Made by a program: the position numbers and the translations under genes | Notes under the pieces: generated by a model | The model's input: only the letters and a program-made list of their open reading frames with translations | What the model was told of the DNA's origin: nothing | The model's database searches: none | Source of the DNA: Nemertoderma westbladi | Lineage: Eukaryota > Animalia > Xenacoelomorpha | Length of the DNA stretch: 64,000 bases | NCBI GenBank assembly: GCA_032718475.1 | Contig: JAUCBJ010008173.1 | Location: 15,334-79,333 of the forward strand | Direction of reading: 5' to 3' | Part shown: in pieces, positions 29,213 through 40,871 of the stretch | How positions within the stretch are numbered: position 1 is the first letter of the stretch | Layout: each line of letters begins with the position of its first letter

Positions 29213-29494
29213 GTAAAGTAAAAGTAAAAAGTAAATTTTCTTCGGCCGCTAGGCCAGGGATTACGCACAAAGTCTGACGACTTATTTCCAGTGCGGTCCC
29301 CCCAGAACTTTACTCCCCAGAGGAAACTCCAGTACTCATTTAGCTACCACTTTAGGATGCAAGGCAGAGATGCGCCCTGGCTGGTCCCTTTAAAGCATTC
29401 GTGCCGAAACGAAAACCGCCGCCCTGGCCCATGTGAGGATCGAACCCACGACCTACGGGAGAATTCAATGCAACCACTACACCAAGGTGGAACC
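29213..29494 (-). mobile_element. tRNA-derived SINE with a (TTTAC)-like tail; partial second copy at ~55035-55165
   Basis: Minus-strand head GGTTCCACCTTGGTGTAGTGG...GGTCGTGGGTTCGATCCTCAC. The body ATTACGCACAAAGTCTG-CGACTTATTTCCAGTGCGGTCCCCCAGAAC recurs at ~55083. Confidence 0.8.
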
Positions 29495-32400
29495 TGTGTA
29501 CGTATACACTGAGAACATACTTTTTGTGTCGTTCGTCTCATGGTGGGGTTAGGAACGAGTTTCCTATTAACAGATTAACAAATAATTTAAGGTAAGACAT
29601 CTTTATTTGTTTTGAAGCTTTTAAAGGGACCAATTTATATTGTACGTTATGCCACTTTTCCATATTGTAATTATGAATAATAGGGTACAACAACAACTTG
29701 GTATCCATCCATACACCTTTAGGCTGTTAGGTCTTCCTTCGGTTAATTGCGCCGCCATTCCTTGTTAATATCAGAAAATACCTTAATTAGGAATTCAGAC
29801 AGTTTGGCCTGTATATTGTAGCCTAATGAATATCAAATTACCTAGCAGATACACTACAGTACTTATTCAGTCAACGTCTATTGCTGTATTGTGTACCACA
29901 GTACAGATAGGCCTACTTAAAACATGGAATTTGTTAACATTAAAGGCCAAAAACACTTAGTATCACTTGCCAAATATGTCTGTCTGTCCTAATGTACCAG
30001 TATGTAATTTTCCTTAAAATCTCACAATTGAGTAATTTTGATAACTAACATTTTCAAAGATTTATGAAAATATTCAAATTTAAAAAAGAGTTTAAATTTA
30101 AATGGAAATATTTAAATTTGGACTTTATTTAATTTTATGTCATGTACCCGACTGACATGTGTGGTGCGCATTTAGGATCCTGGCGCGAAGGAACAGGGGC
30201 GTGTGGCGCGCATTCAGGATCCTGGCGCGAAGGAACAGGGGCGTGTGGCGCGCATTGAGGATCCTGGCGCGGAAATGGATGTCATGTACAGTTAGCAAAA
30301 TGCACTGCAGCACTGGCTGACTGGCAAGATGTCCAGCCACTCTACTTCTGTACTTGAAATTCTACCAGTCGCAGTCAGCCAGTAGAGCCTATTTTTAAAA
30401 AGAGTTAGCCCTAGCCTTAAAAATTTTCACTCGTTTCGCTTGCGTTTGTGTATTATACGTATATGCCTACTGTAATACGCCCTACTCTTATTGACTTTAT
30501 TCATCATTCAAATAACAGAATAACTGTAATAATAGGGATATTTGATTACAGTGATATTTTATCACCCACATTATGGACAAACCGACAGATGGACATTGAC
30601 AGATTGAAGGTACCATATCCCATATCCAATCCACTTTAATCATCATGGCCAATATCAGGCCAAAGTTTTAATGTGTTTAATAATTAAAGTTTAATAATGA
30701 GTTGATTGAACAGTTGAAAGGTTTTTCAATTGTTCACACCAATATAGCCTAAAACCACGATTCAGCAGATTTTCCGTGCTCGCTACACTCCGACTTAATT
30801 CATAATCACATCTGTAGGTAAAAAACAGTCGCTTGACCTACCAAAAATGTTAAAATTTTCTTGCTCGCTACGCTCGCAATTTAATCACTTAACTGTATTT
30901 GAAAACAGTCAGCTGACCTACTGACCTACTATCTGAATATTACAATATTACTGTATTAATCTTAACATTTCTCCAAAATTGTCTTGCTCGCTACGCTCGC
31001 ATTTCCATGTTAATATACTGTAGGTCTAGGTACTGCAGTATAAATGATTATATGGTAAACGATTACAATAATTGCAAAATTTCATGGTCAATGTTGGCGC
31101 GCATTGAATGTCATGGCTGGCGCGGTTTTCGTTTAACGAGAACCCGTGTGGCGCGCTTTTTGTCAATATTCAGATATTCCATAGGGCCTATAGGCATACC
31201 ATCATCTGGAAAATTTAAACTTTCCAAAATTGCCATACTTCAGAACATCGCTGCATAAGCGTCTGATAAAATATGGGTGCTTGAAATGAATCATGAGTAG
31301 TAACATGGATAAGGGAAACATGCTTGACAAGTGTCGGACCCCACCCATGCCTTCTTCAGTATATATTATCCAACTTCAACTGTTAAAAGTTCAATTTTCA
31401 GAATTAATCATCAGATTAAATACTTTAGAACGAAGGTCTGCTTAAGAGGTTGCTCACATAACCCTCATACATTAAGTATTTAAATGTTTTAGACACAATA
31501 AAGACTGTTTTTTTCACCACCCACTTGTCGGCTCTTTCCGGTTTCAGGGGCACCGTGGCGGTGGGTGCTTTCTTCAGTGCTTGCCTGCTTACTGTCCTGC
31601 TGTCTGACTGTTCAACTGTTCCACCAACAGACCAATGCATCAATCTTTCATGTTTCGTTTCATCTCATCAGCTCATCTGTCAATATACTCAATGTCAGAA
31701 TGTAGCAGTGCAGCAATATCCAGATATCTGAATGTATCAATCACTCAATTTGAACTACTGAACTAGACAGCTATTAAAATGCCATCTGGCTTGACAGACT
31801 GACAGCTGTGGACTTCTGGCAGTCTGGACTTACAGTGTACAGAGTAGGCCTACATAACATACCGAGTTATGAAACCCTCCCTCTCCATTTCTGCTAGGGC
31901 TCGATCGGAGTTGGGATTTGGCCGGAGCCGGAGCCGGAGTTGGACAATTTGGCCGGAGCCGGAGCAGGAGTTTTTAAAAAATTTTAAAAATTTAATTATT
32001 TATTTAAAAAAAAATAAAGTATGGTTATCGTTCGCCAATCGCTCATAATCAATCATACTGTAGGTCTAGTTAATTTCATAATTTATAGATTTACGAATTT
32101 TCAATTTAAAATTTAAGTAATTAATTTATCACGGACAGATGGCCTGACGCTGATGGCGACGGCCTGATGCTGACGGCGACGGCCTGATGCTGACGGCGAC
32201 GGCCTGACGCTGACTGGCTGACGGCTAAAAATTACCTACAGTACCGGTACCGGTACCTAACTCGCTAACTGTCTAACTGTGGTAGAGGTGTGTACTGTCT
32301 GACTGTAGGTAGCCTACCGTACGTGTACCAGTACCAGTACTGCAGTACAGTATGCTGGCATGCTTGACAGCAGTAAATGGCTGCAGTGGTACAGTCTGAC

Positions 32401-33374
32401 AGTGTACAATCATAGCATTTACAATTTTTTAAAGTAGGGCCTATCTGTAATAGTCTGCTAGTCAGCCAGCTGGCCAGTACCAGTACTGCAGTACAGTCAG
32501 TCAGTCAGTAGGGAACATACCCTTAAATAAGCTCCAAAAGTGGGTTCTTATTTAAGGAAAATGGCTCTTATTTAGGGGTTTTTGGGCCTTTTTTGGATAT
32601 TTTTTCGATATAATATGCAATAACTTGTTTCAGGAAAAAATACCGCATAATTTTATTTCACAATGTAAAAGTTGGGTCTTTCTTGAACATAAAGCAAAAA
32701 ACCAGAAAACATTTCACCGTCCAGTTTTTTTTCTACAAGCGTTTTAAAATTGCATCAAAAATACGACTAGTTCCTAAATAAGGGGGATTTTTTAAATTTA
32801 CCTTATTTAAGATCGAAATTGTACACATAAATACTAAAAGTCCCTAAATAATAACTTTTTGACCTGGGTTTATTATTTAGGAATACAATTGTATTCCAAA
32901 ATCTGCACATTCCTTAAATAAAATAAATATTTCTTATTCCTTACAGTATGTGTTACACTTCTTTCATAATTCTTTGATTTATGTCAGTCTGTATATTGCT
33001 AATTGTTGGGTTAAGGATAAGGACAATGGTTGCACTGCACTCTATAAATCCTCTATAGAATATCGTATCATAATGAAGTTGCTAGCACTGGCATTCTTAC
33101 CTCACACGGTAGCATAGAATAGCCCATTGATATTCAAAAGAATAGCCCATCGCCCATCTGAGCGCACATACATTGTCACGTATTTCGATGAAACAGGACT
33201 CAAGTAACTGGACATCGCCGCAGAGTTTCGAAAAACTAACTTGTGTCCTGCATTTCCTCTTCTGCTCCGCGTTATGCCCCACTTAGATGGATTGTCCAAA
33301 ATGTTGTACTTGAAAGGTGTGAAAAAAGTGAAAAACCAATGTCTATGTCATGTCAATAGGCACAAAGATGGTTC

Positions 33375-36335
33375 GGTTGGGCAGCTGATAGACGTTATGA
33401 AGGTTAAATATCATGAATGGATGACGTTTTGGCTCAACTGGCTCAGGCAGGAGTGGGACACGTTCGTGGGACCTTTGCGCGGCATGAAGTGAGCAAAGCC
33501 TTAGCTAGCCCTAGCTGATAGGGACCCCACCCCATTCAGCCATTAACATGTTGTCTTTCGTTAGTCAGAGGTCGTTCAACATAATACTCGTCTCCTTAAT
33601 TTGCCTCATTGAGTTCGTTTGTTTTTTACCAAACTTCAGATTATTTCTAATCTTTTGACAGACTACATACATACTAAGTTTCGTTTAATTTCATCAAGGA
33701 ATGACCGAGTTATTAGCGATAAAAAATTTACAACGACGACAGACAACTCGTTAATAGCACCCATATGCTAAGGCTTCGCTCACTTGAACGTGGCTCTCCC
33801 CCACATTCAATCCGGTTCGACGCAGTTTGTTGCTCGTTGTTGCTCATTGCTGCTCGTTGTGCTTTATTATTTCTCATTGTTGGTCATTGTTGCTCGTTGT
33901 TGGTCATTGTTGCTTGTTGGTGCTCATTGTTGGTCGTTAGTTGTACTTTATTATTGCTCGTTGTACTCTATTATTGCTCGTTGTTGCTCATTATTGCTCA
34001 TTGTTACTCATTGTTGCTCGTTGTTGTACTTTATTATTGGTCGTTCAATCGTTGTTCCTCATTGTTGCTCGTTGTTGTTCAATATTACTCGTTGTTGCTC
34101 GTTCAGTCATTGTTGCTCAATATATCTCGTTGTTGCTTAATATAACTCGTTGTTGCTCGTTCAGTCGTTGTTTCTCGTTGTTGCTCATTGTTGCTCGATG
34201 TTGTTCTTTATTATTGCTCAGTGTTTCTCATTGTTGCTCAATGTTACTCGTTGTTATACTTTATTATTGCTCAATGTTACTCGTTGTTACTCATTGTCAT
34301 TGTTGCTCATTGTTACTCGTTGTTCCTCATGTCCTAATTATTGGTCGTTGTTTCTCGTTGTTGTACTTTATTATTGCTCATTGTTGCTCGTTGTTTCTCG
34401 GTGTTGTACTTTATTATTGCTCATTGTTGCTCAATATATCTCGTTGCTCAATATAACTCGTTGTTGCTCGTTCAGTAGTTGTTGCTCATTATTGCTCGTT
34501 GTTTCTCGTTGTTGCTCATTGTTGCTCGCTGTTGTTCTTTATTATTGCTCAGTGTTTCTCATTGTTGCTCGTTGTTGCTCAATGTTACTCGTTGTTATAC
34601 TTCATTATTGCTCAATGTTACTCGTTGTTACTAATTGTCATTGTTACTCGTTGTTCCTCATGTCCTCATCATTGGGCAGCTGATAGACGTTATGAAGGTT
34701 AAAGATGATGACTGGATGACGTTTTGGCTCAACTGGCTCAGGCAGGAGTCAGGGAGTGGGACACGTTCGTGGGACCTCTGCGCAGCATGAAGTGAGCAAA
34801 GCCTTAGCTAGCCCTAGCTGATAGGGGCCCCACCCCATTAACATGTTGTCTTTCGTTAGTCAGAGCCAGAGGTCGTTCAACACAATATTCGTCTCCTTAA
34901 TTTGCCTCATTGCGTTCGTTTGTTTTTTACCAAACTTCAGATTATTTCTAATCTTTTGACATACTACATACATACTAAGTTTCGTTTAATTTCATCAAGG
35001 AATGACCGAGTTATTACCAATAAAAAATTCACAACGACGACAGACAACTCGTTAATAGCACCCATATGCTAAGGCTTCGCTCACTTGAACGTGGCTCCCC
35101 CCCACATTCAATCCGGTTCGACGCAGTTTGTTGCTCATTGCTGCTTGTTGTGCTTTATTATTTCTCATTGTTGGTCATTGTTGGTCATTGTTGCACGTTG
35201 TTGGTCATTGTTGCTTGTTGGTGCTCGTTAGTTGTACCTTATTATTGCTCGTTGTACTCTATTATTGCTCGTTGTTGCTCATTATTGCTCATTGTTACTC
35301 ATTGTTGCTCGTTGTTGTACTTTATTATTGCTCGTTCAATCGTTGTTCCTCATTGTTGCTCGTTGTTGTACTTTATTATTGCTCATTGTTGCTCGTTGTT
35401 GGTCATTGTTGCTTGTTGGTGCTCATTGTTGCGAGTTAGTTGTACTTTATTATTGCTCGTTGTTGCTCGTTGTACTCTATTATTGCTCATTGTTGCTCAT
35501 TATTGCTCATTGTTACTCATTGTTGCTCGTTGTTGTACTTTATTATTGCTCGTTCAATCGTTGTTCCTCATTGTTGCTCGTTGTTTCTCGATGTTGTACT
35601 TTATTATTGCTCATTGTTGCTCAATATTACTCGTTGTTGCTCGTTCAGTCGTTGTTGCCCATTGTTGCTCGTTGTTGTACTTTATTATTGCTCATTGTTG
35701 CTCAATATATCTCGTTGTTGCTCAATATAACTCGTTGTTGCTCGTTCAGTCGTTGTTGCTCATTATTGCTCGTTGTTTCTCGTTGTTGCTCATTGTTGCT
35801 CGTTGTCTGGTTGTTGTTCTTTATTATTGCTCATTGTTGCTCAGTGTTTCTCATTGTTGCTCAATGTTACTCGTTGTTATACTTTATTATTGCTCAATGT
35901 TACTCGTTGTTACTCATTGTCATTGTTGCTCATTGTTACTCGTTGTTCCTCATGTCCTAATTATGGGTCGTTGTTTCTCGATGTTGTACTTTATTATTGC
36001 TCATTGTTGCTCGTTGTTTCTCAATGTTGCTCGTTGTTGTACTTTATTATTGCTCGTTCAGTCGTTGTTCCTCATTGCTGCTCGCTGTCGCTCGTTGTTG
36101 CTCAATATTACTCATTGTTACTCGTTGTTGCTCATTGTTGCTCGTTGTTGTACTTTATTATTGCTCGTTCAGTCGTTGTTCCTCATTGTTGCTCGCTGTT
36201 TCTCGTTGTTGCTCATTGTTGTACTTTATTATTACTCATTGTTGCTCGGTGTTTCTCAATGTTACTCGTTGTTGCTCATTGTTGCTCGTTCAGTCGTTGT
36301 TCCTCATTATTGCTCATTGTTGTTCGTTGTGCATT
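33375..36335. repeat. Tandem duplication (two units) of a HINE-like end plus a complex (TTG/TTA/CTC) microsatellite
   Basis: TTGGGCAGCTGATAGACGTTATGAAGG... at ~33377 and ~34672. Each unit is followed by low-complexity TTGTTGCTC(A/G) tracts (33825-34670, 35125-36330). Confidence 0.9.
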
Positions 36336-36555
36336 TTTGCACCTATCCAATTAAGCTAAGAAGCTCCCTTATCTCTGCATCTTGCAATGTCCTGTCAAGG
36401 TTAGGCAGGTAGGTAGGAGGTCATAACTGTCATAAGCAGATAAGGGCAGAAGGAGGATGGGGCTGGGAGACGAGGTTATAAGAGACATTATATAAGGATA
36501 TTTAATTTAATTTATTTAATTTAATATATGAGAAATGAGGGCAGTATTGGTTGAC

Positions 36556-37649
36556 GGGTCCTACTAAATACTACAAAAAGCACAAAACAAGCACAAAAAA
36601 GCACAAAAAAGTCAAGAAAAGCACAAAAAAGCACAAAAAAGGTAAAAAAAGCACAAAAAAGTAAAAAAAAAGCACAAAAAAGCAAACTGATAGATGTTTA
36701 TTGAGCTTGTAATAGAACAGATGATAGAAGCAATATCATGTAGTGCAGTAGTGTCTAGGCTACCGGAAGGATAATCACATGTCCAGTATGCTTTCATGTC
36801 ATATAGCTGCCAGTGAGTGAGTACCAGACCAGCACGAGCACTTACAGGTACAGCCCTACCACGAGCACCCTAGTGCAATATCAGGCTAATGTCAGTATGT
36901 AAAGATGGTTCAATTCAAATATCAGGATAGAACTTATAATACTGTAGTAGACTTTGTTATTGTCTTGTCACATTATGTCAACTTATCAGCGTTCTGGTTA
37001 ATTACTTGTAACGATGTAGCGATGCAGCATATGGCATAGACGCTTGTAAACTGGATATGTCAGTGTTGACCGAAATCGCGATTATTCTATTATTGGAATG
37101 CCTTTATTCACCGATAAATCGACATACTGTACAATTATATCACATCACGGTCTGCCCGAACCTCTCGAGTGGGCGATCGATAACGTCTGAGGACAAGTAT
37201 GATGATATTAGTCATAGTCATACTTGCAAGAATCTCGCTTAGGTCGGAACTGCCTTGGTTACGATATCTGCGTCTGTTGGAAACACAGTTTCTGCCTGGG
37301 TTTAACCACTGCTGTTGTAACACTACTGTATACTTTGAAATTTCTATAACTGCCAGATTGTTTGCAATGTTGTTTAGGAGTTCATTAGTACTTATCTTAT
37401 ATGTCAGGGGGGGAAGGGGGTGTCTGTAACAATATCTCTCATATTTTCGCCCCCCCCCCCCCCCCCCCCCCCATCTCTTGATGTGAGAATGTTTTTTTGT
37501 GCTTTTTTTTACTTTTTTTGTGCTTTTTTTTACTTTTTTGTGCTTTTTTGTGCTTTTTTTGTGCTTTTTTGTGCTTTTTTGTGCTTTTCTTGACTTTTTT
37601 GTGCTATTTTGTGCTTGTTTTGTGCTTTTTGTAGTATTTAGTAGGACCC
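36556..37649. mobile_element. Mutator-like MITE with a 9-bp TSD
   Basis: TIR GGGTCCTACTAAATACTACAAAAAGCACAAAACAAGCAC... with (AAAAAAGCAC)n arms. TSD TTGGTTGAC at 36547-36555 and 37650-37658. Confidence 0.9.
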
Positions 37650-39090
37650 TTGGTTGACAGAAGGAGATACGCAATGCGTATCCCATTGCGCCTCATAATA
37701 GCCTCTCGCCAACAAGTCAACCCCATCGACTAGCGGCACTGGCTGTTTCAGCTGACGGGGCTCTGTCGAAAAACGCGTCCCTGATGCAGTAAGGGCCCTC
37801 TTTTGAGGAGCAATATTATTATTGTCGCGGAACTGCTTCTACTCTCTGTGAGAAATGAGAAATATTTAATTTATTTAAGGAGTATGCAGATTTTGGAATG
37901 AAATTGTATACCTAAATAAAAAACCCATGTCAAAAAGTTCTTATTTAAGGACTTCTAGTATTTGTGTACATTTTCGATGTCTTAAATAAGGTAAATTTAA
38001 AAAATCCCTCTTACAGTCTTATTTAGGAACTTATTTAGGTCGTATTTTTGATGCAATTTTAAAACGCTTGTAGAAAAAAAACCGGACGGTGAAATGTTTT
38101 CTGGTTTTTTGCATTATGTTCAAGAAAGAACCAACTTTTATATTGTGAAATAAAATTATGCGGTATTTTTTACTGAAACAAGATCTTGCATATTATGTCG
38201 AAAAAATATCCAAAAAAGGCCCAAAAACCCCTAAATAAGAGCCATTTTCCTTAAATAAGAACCCACTTTTGGAGCTTATTTAAGGGTATGTTCCCTACTG
38301 TCAGTCATTGACTTTAAGTAAATACTGCAGTATTATCAGATTATACTTGATATTGAAGCTGTACTACAGTAGGCCTACTTATAGTGTTAAATAATTGTTC
38401 AGATTAGAATATGCACGAAATATAATACTTTATTAAAAAATTAACTCCGGCAATATTTTTACCGGAGCCGGAGAAGGAGCCGGAGGTGCCAAAATGGCCG
38501 GAGCCGGAGCCGGAGGCCGGAGCTCCGATCGAGCCCTATTCTGCCCTTGCTCTAAGTCCCAATTGCCAGACTGCAGAACTGCCTGAGGACTTAAAGACTG
38601 AAAGCTGGAAAGACTTACCAAAGGAGACAGAAAATATTCCGCAAAGATAAATCGTATCAATCAGGACAAACACCCAGAATAATCGAATGCTAATAACGCG
38701 AATGAGTGGTACCAATCGAGCCAAAATACAGGTACTGGTACCGGTACCACTGAGGCTGACTATAGTTGTGGGTTTCATATGCGCTGTCATCCTTATTACA
38801 GTATTATGTGATTATTGTTGCAATATTGCCAAAGAAATTTGATTTGCATCGACATTATCAAAAAGTCAAATAGGCCTACGCTACCGGTAGGGTATCAGGA
38901 AACAAAGGGCAAACCGGAAAATAGCGATAGGCCTATACAGCTATAGATCAGTAGATGTCTTAGCGCAGGCGCAGAGATTCAGCTCAGGGATAGACCTGTA
39001 GACTGCCACACTGACAGGAGATAGGCCTAGATCAGGAGATTTATACAAATTATGGTAACGGTGTATACCTGTATACAGTGTATAATGTAT

Positions 39091-40363
39091 ACACGAAGTG
39101 GGGCCTTCGCGCAGCACGTGAAATGAGTTAATGCTAAGTATCAACTCGAAAGGATTATAAAAACATAGGAGAAGATTTTCCCGGAAAACGTTAACCCTCT
39201 AGCGGGAGACTGGGTAACTGAAGAAGGAAGGATTAGTTTCCCTACAAAGCCACATCCTATGGTCTATTACATATCTACCAAGTTTCCGATTGACGGATCA
39301 TAAATAACGAAATGTTGGAAGGTTTTCACTTTCATACATTTAGCCCTCTAGCGGCATATTAAAGAACTACGGATCGATCACCTTCCTCACAAAGACGAGG
39401 CATGTGGTCTAGTACATACCGGTACTGTATATTCCAAAATTCAGCTTAAATAGATTAAGATCAAGGAATTCGCAAAGGTTATCACTTTCCTACATTTCGC
39501 CCTCTAGCGGCAGACTCGAAAACTCCGGACCGATTACTGTCCACACAAAGACTTAGGATGTCTTCTAGTACATATATGACAAGTTTCAGCGTAATCAGAT
39601 CATAAACAACTAAATGGAAGAATAATTTCACATTCGGGACATTTCGCCCTCTAGCGGCAGACTGGAGAACTGCAGACAGATTAGCCTCCTTTGAAATTTA
39701 CAGCTAATGGTCTAGTACATACTTCCCAAGTTTCAGCTTAAACGGATTAAAAGCAAAGAAATGGGTGGCCATTTAATGTTTAGACATGTGGCCCTCTAGC
39801 GGGAGACTGGAAAACTTCGGACCGATTACAATCCACACAAAGACTCAGGATGTCATCTAGTACATATATGACAAGTTTCAGCGTAATCAGATCATAAACA
39901 ACTAAATGGAAGAATAATTTCACATTCGGGACATTTCGCCCTCTAGCGGCAGACTGGAGAACTGCAGACAGATTAGCCTCCTTTGAAATTTACAGCTAAT
40001 GGTCTAGTACATACTTCCCAAGTTTCAGCTTAAACGGATTAAAAGCAAAGAAATGGGTGGCCATTTAATGTTTAGACATGTGGCCCTCTAGCGGGAGACC
40101 ATTGCACTGATGGTGTCTGAAAGTCTCTCAAAAATCTCAACTTTTGCTCATATTGATACCTACAAATTTTCAACTTGGCAGCTTTAAATCCGACAAAGTT
40201 ATTAGCATGTCAAAATCGTAACGACGACGACAACGACGACGACGACAACGACGACGACGACAACGACGACGACGACGACGACGACAACTATTTGCATAAA
40301 TTGACCCACCCCCTAACAGTGTCAATTCGCTAAGGCTCCGCCAACTTCGTGGCTCGCCCCACA
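39091..40363 (+). mobile_element. Helentron/HINE (DINE-1-like) non-autonomous element with an internal ~146-bp tandem array
   Basis: Subterminal inverted repeat CACGAAGT / ACTTCGTG; (ACG)n microsatellite at 40220-40288; seven internal units, each carrying (G)CCCTCTAGCGG. Strand is nominal. Confidence 0.75.
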
Positions 40364-40871
40364 CACCATATCCTGGAATATAGATACAATATATTGCTAT
40401 GTTCTAGAGTTAATATATGGAAATAATAACCTGAAGTTAATAAAACTGAATAATCACTGATGCCGTTCCAGAAGCAAATTAACCTGACCTGTATAATTAC
40501 CGAGGCCGCAGGCTCAAGGATTATGCATAAGTATTGTTACAGTTGCTTTATTGCTGAAGGTTTTTATTTCCGTATAACTCTAGTCTAGAACACATAGTAA
40601 TATTGTGTTTATTGTTAATATGAGCATATTGAACGTAATTGCAGCATTGTATGCATTTTAAGAAATGCCTCTAACATTAGGTTAGGACTAACAGACTAAT
40701 ACAATCCCACATAAAAAGTCGGGAGGTATGGGGAATCATGCCCAATAAATGCAATCCTTCCAGAGGGCTGTAGTGGAGGCAGCGGAGGTCCGCCATAATT
40801 CAGACCATAAATGAAGAGTATCAATATCATGTTGCAGTTTACGAGAATCATCGATTGATAGAACAGCTCTA

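Larger units (their letters stand above)
27845..30154. mobile_element. TIR DNA transposon (44-bp TIR, 5-bp TSD) with a degenerate internal ORF and a nested SINE
   Basis: CAGTCGGGTACATGACATAAAATTAAATAAAGTCCAAATTTAAA and its reverse complement at 30111-30154. ACATG at 27840-27844 and 30155-30159. Confidence 0.85.
27811..31194. mobile_element. Insertion into the foldback arm, flanked by the 9-bp direct repeat CATACCATC
   Basis: CATACCATC at 27802-27810 and 31195-31203. TGGCGCG-rich subterminal repeats at 30160-30272 and 31094-31157. TIRs poorly preserved. Confidence 0.65.
25033..31530. mobile_element. Large foldback element with long inverted arms; the right arm is split by a 3.4-kb insertion
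   Basis: 25035-25360 is the reverse complement of 31195-31530. 25352-25395 and 25610-25850 are reverse complements of 27765-27810 and 27460-27720. Confidence 0.8.
32506..38300. mobile_element. Element with ~430-bp TIRs nested in the hAT-like element
   Basis: CAGTAGGGAACATACCCTTAAATAAGCTCCAAAAGTGGG... (32506-~32930) has its reverse complement at ~37860-38300. TCAGT flanks both sides. Confidence 0.88.
31895..38538. mobile_element. hAT-like non-autonomous element expanded by nested insertions
   Basis: TIR TAGGGCTCGATCGGAG / CTCCGATCGAGCCCTA. (CCGGAG)n subterminal repeats at both ends. TTCTGC flanks both sides. Confidence 0.85.

Noticed and set aside
33765-36412. Cys/Leu-rich ORFs (CCSLLLVV...) as keratin-associated or membrane proteins
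   Set aside because: They are open in several frames because of a TTG-based microsatellite and have no domain structure.
37135-37686. Lys-rich 183-aa histone H1-like ORF
   Set aside because: It translates the (AAAAAAGCAC)n arm of the Mutator-like MITE and a poly-G run.
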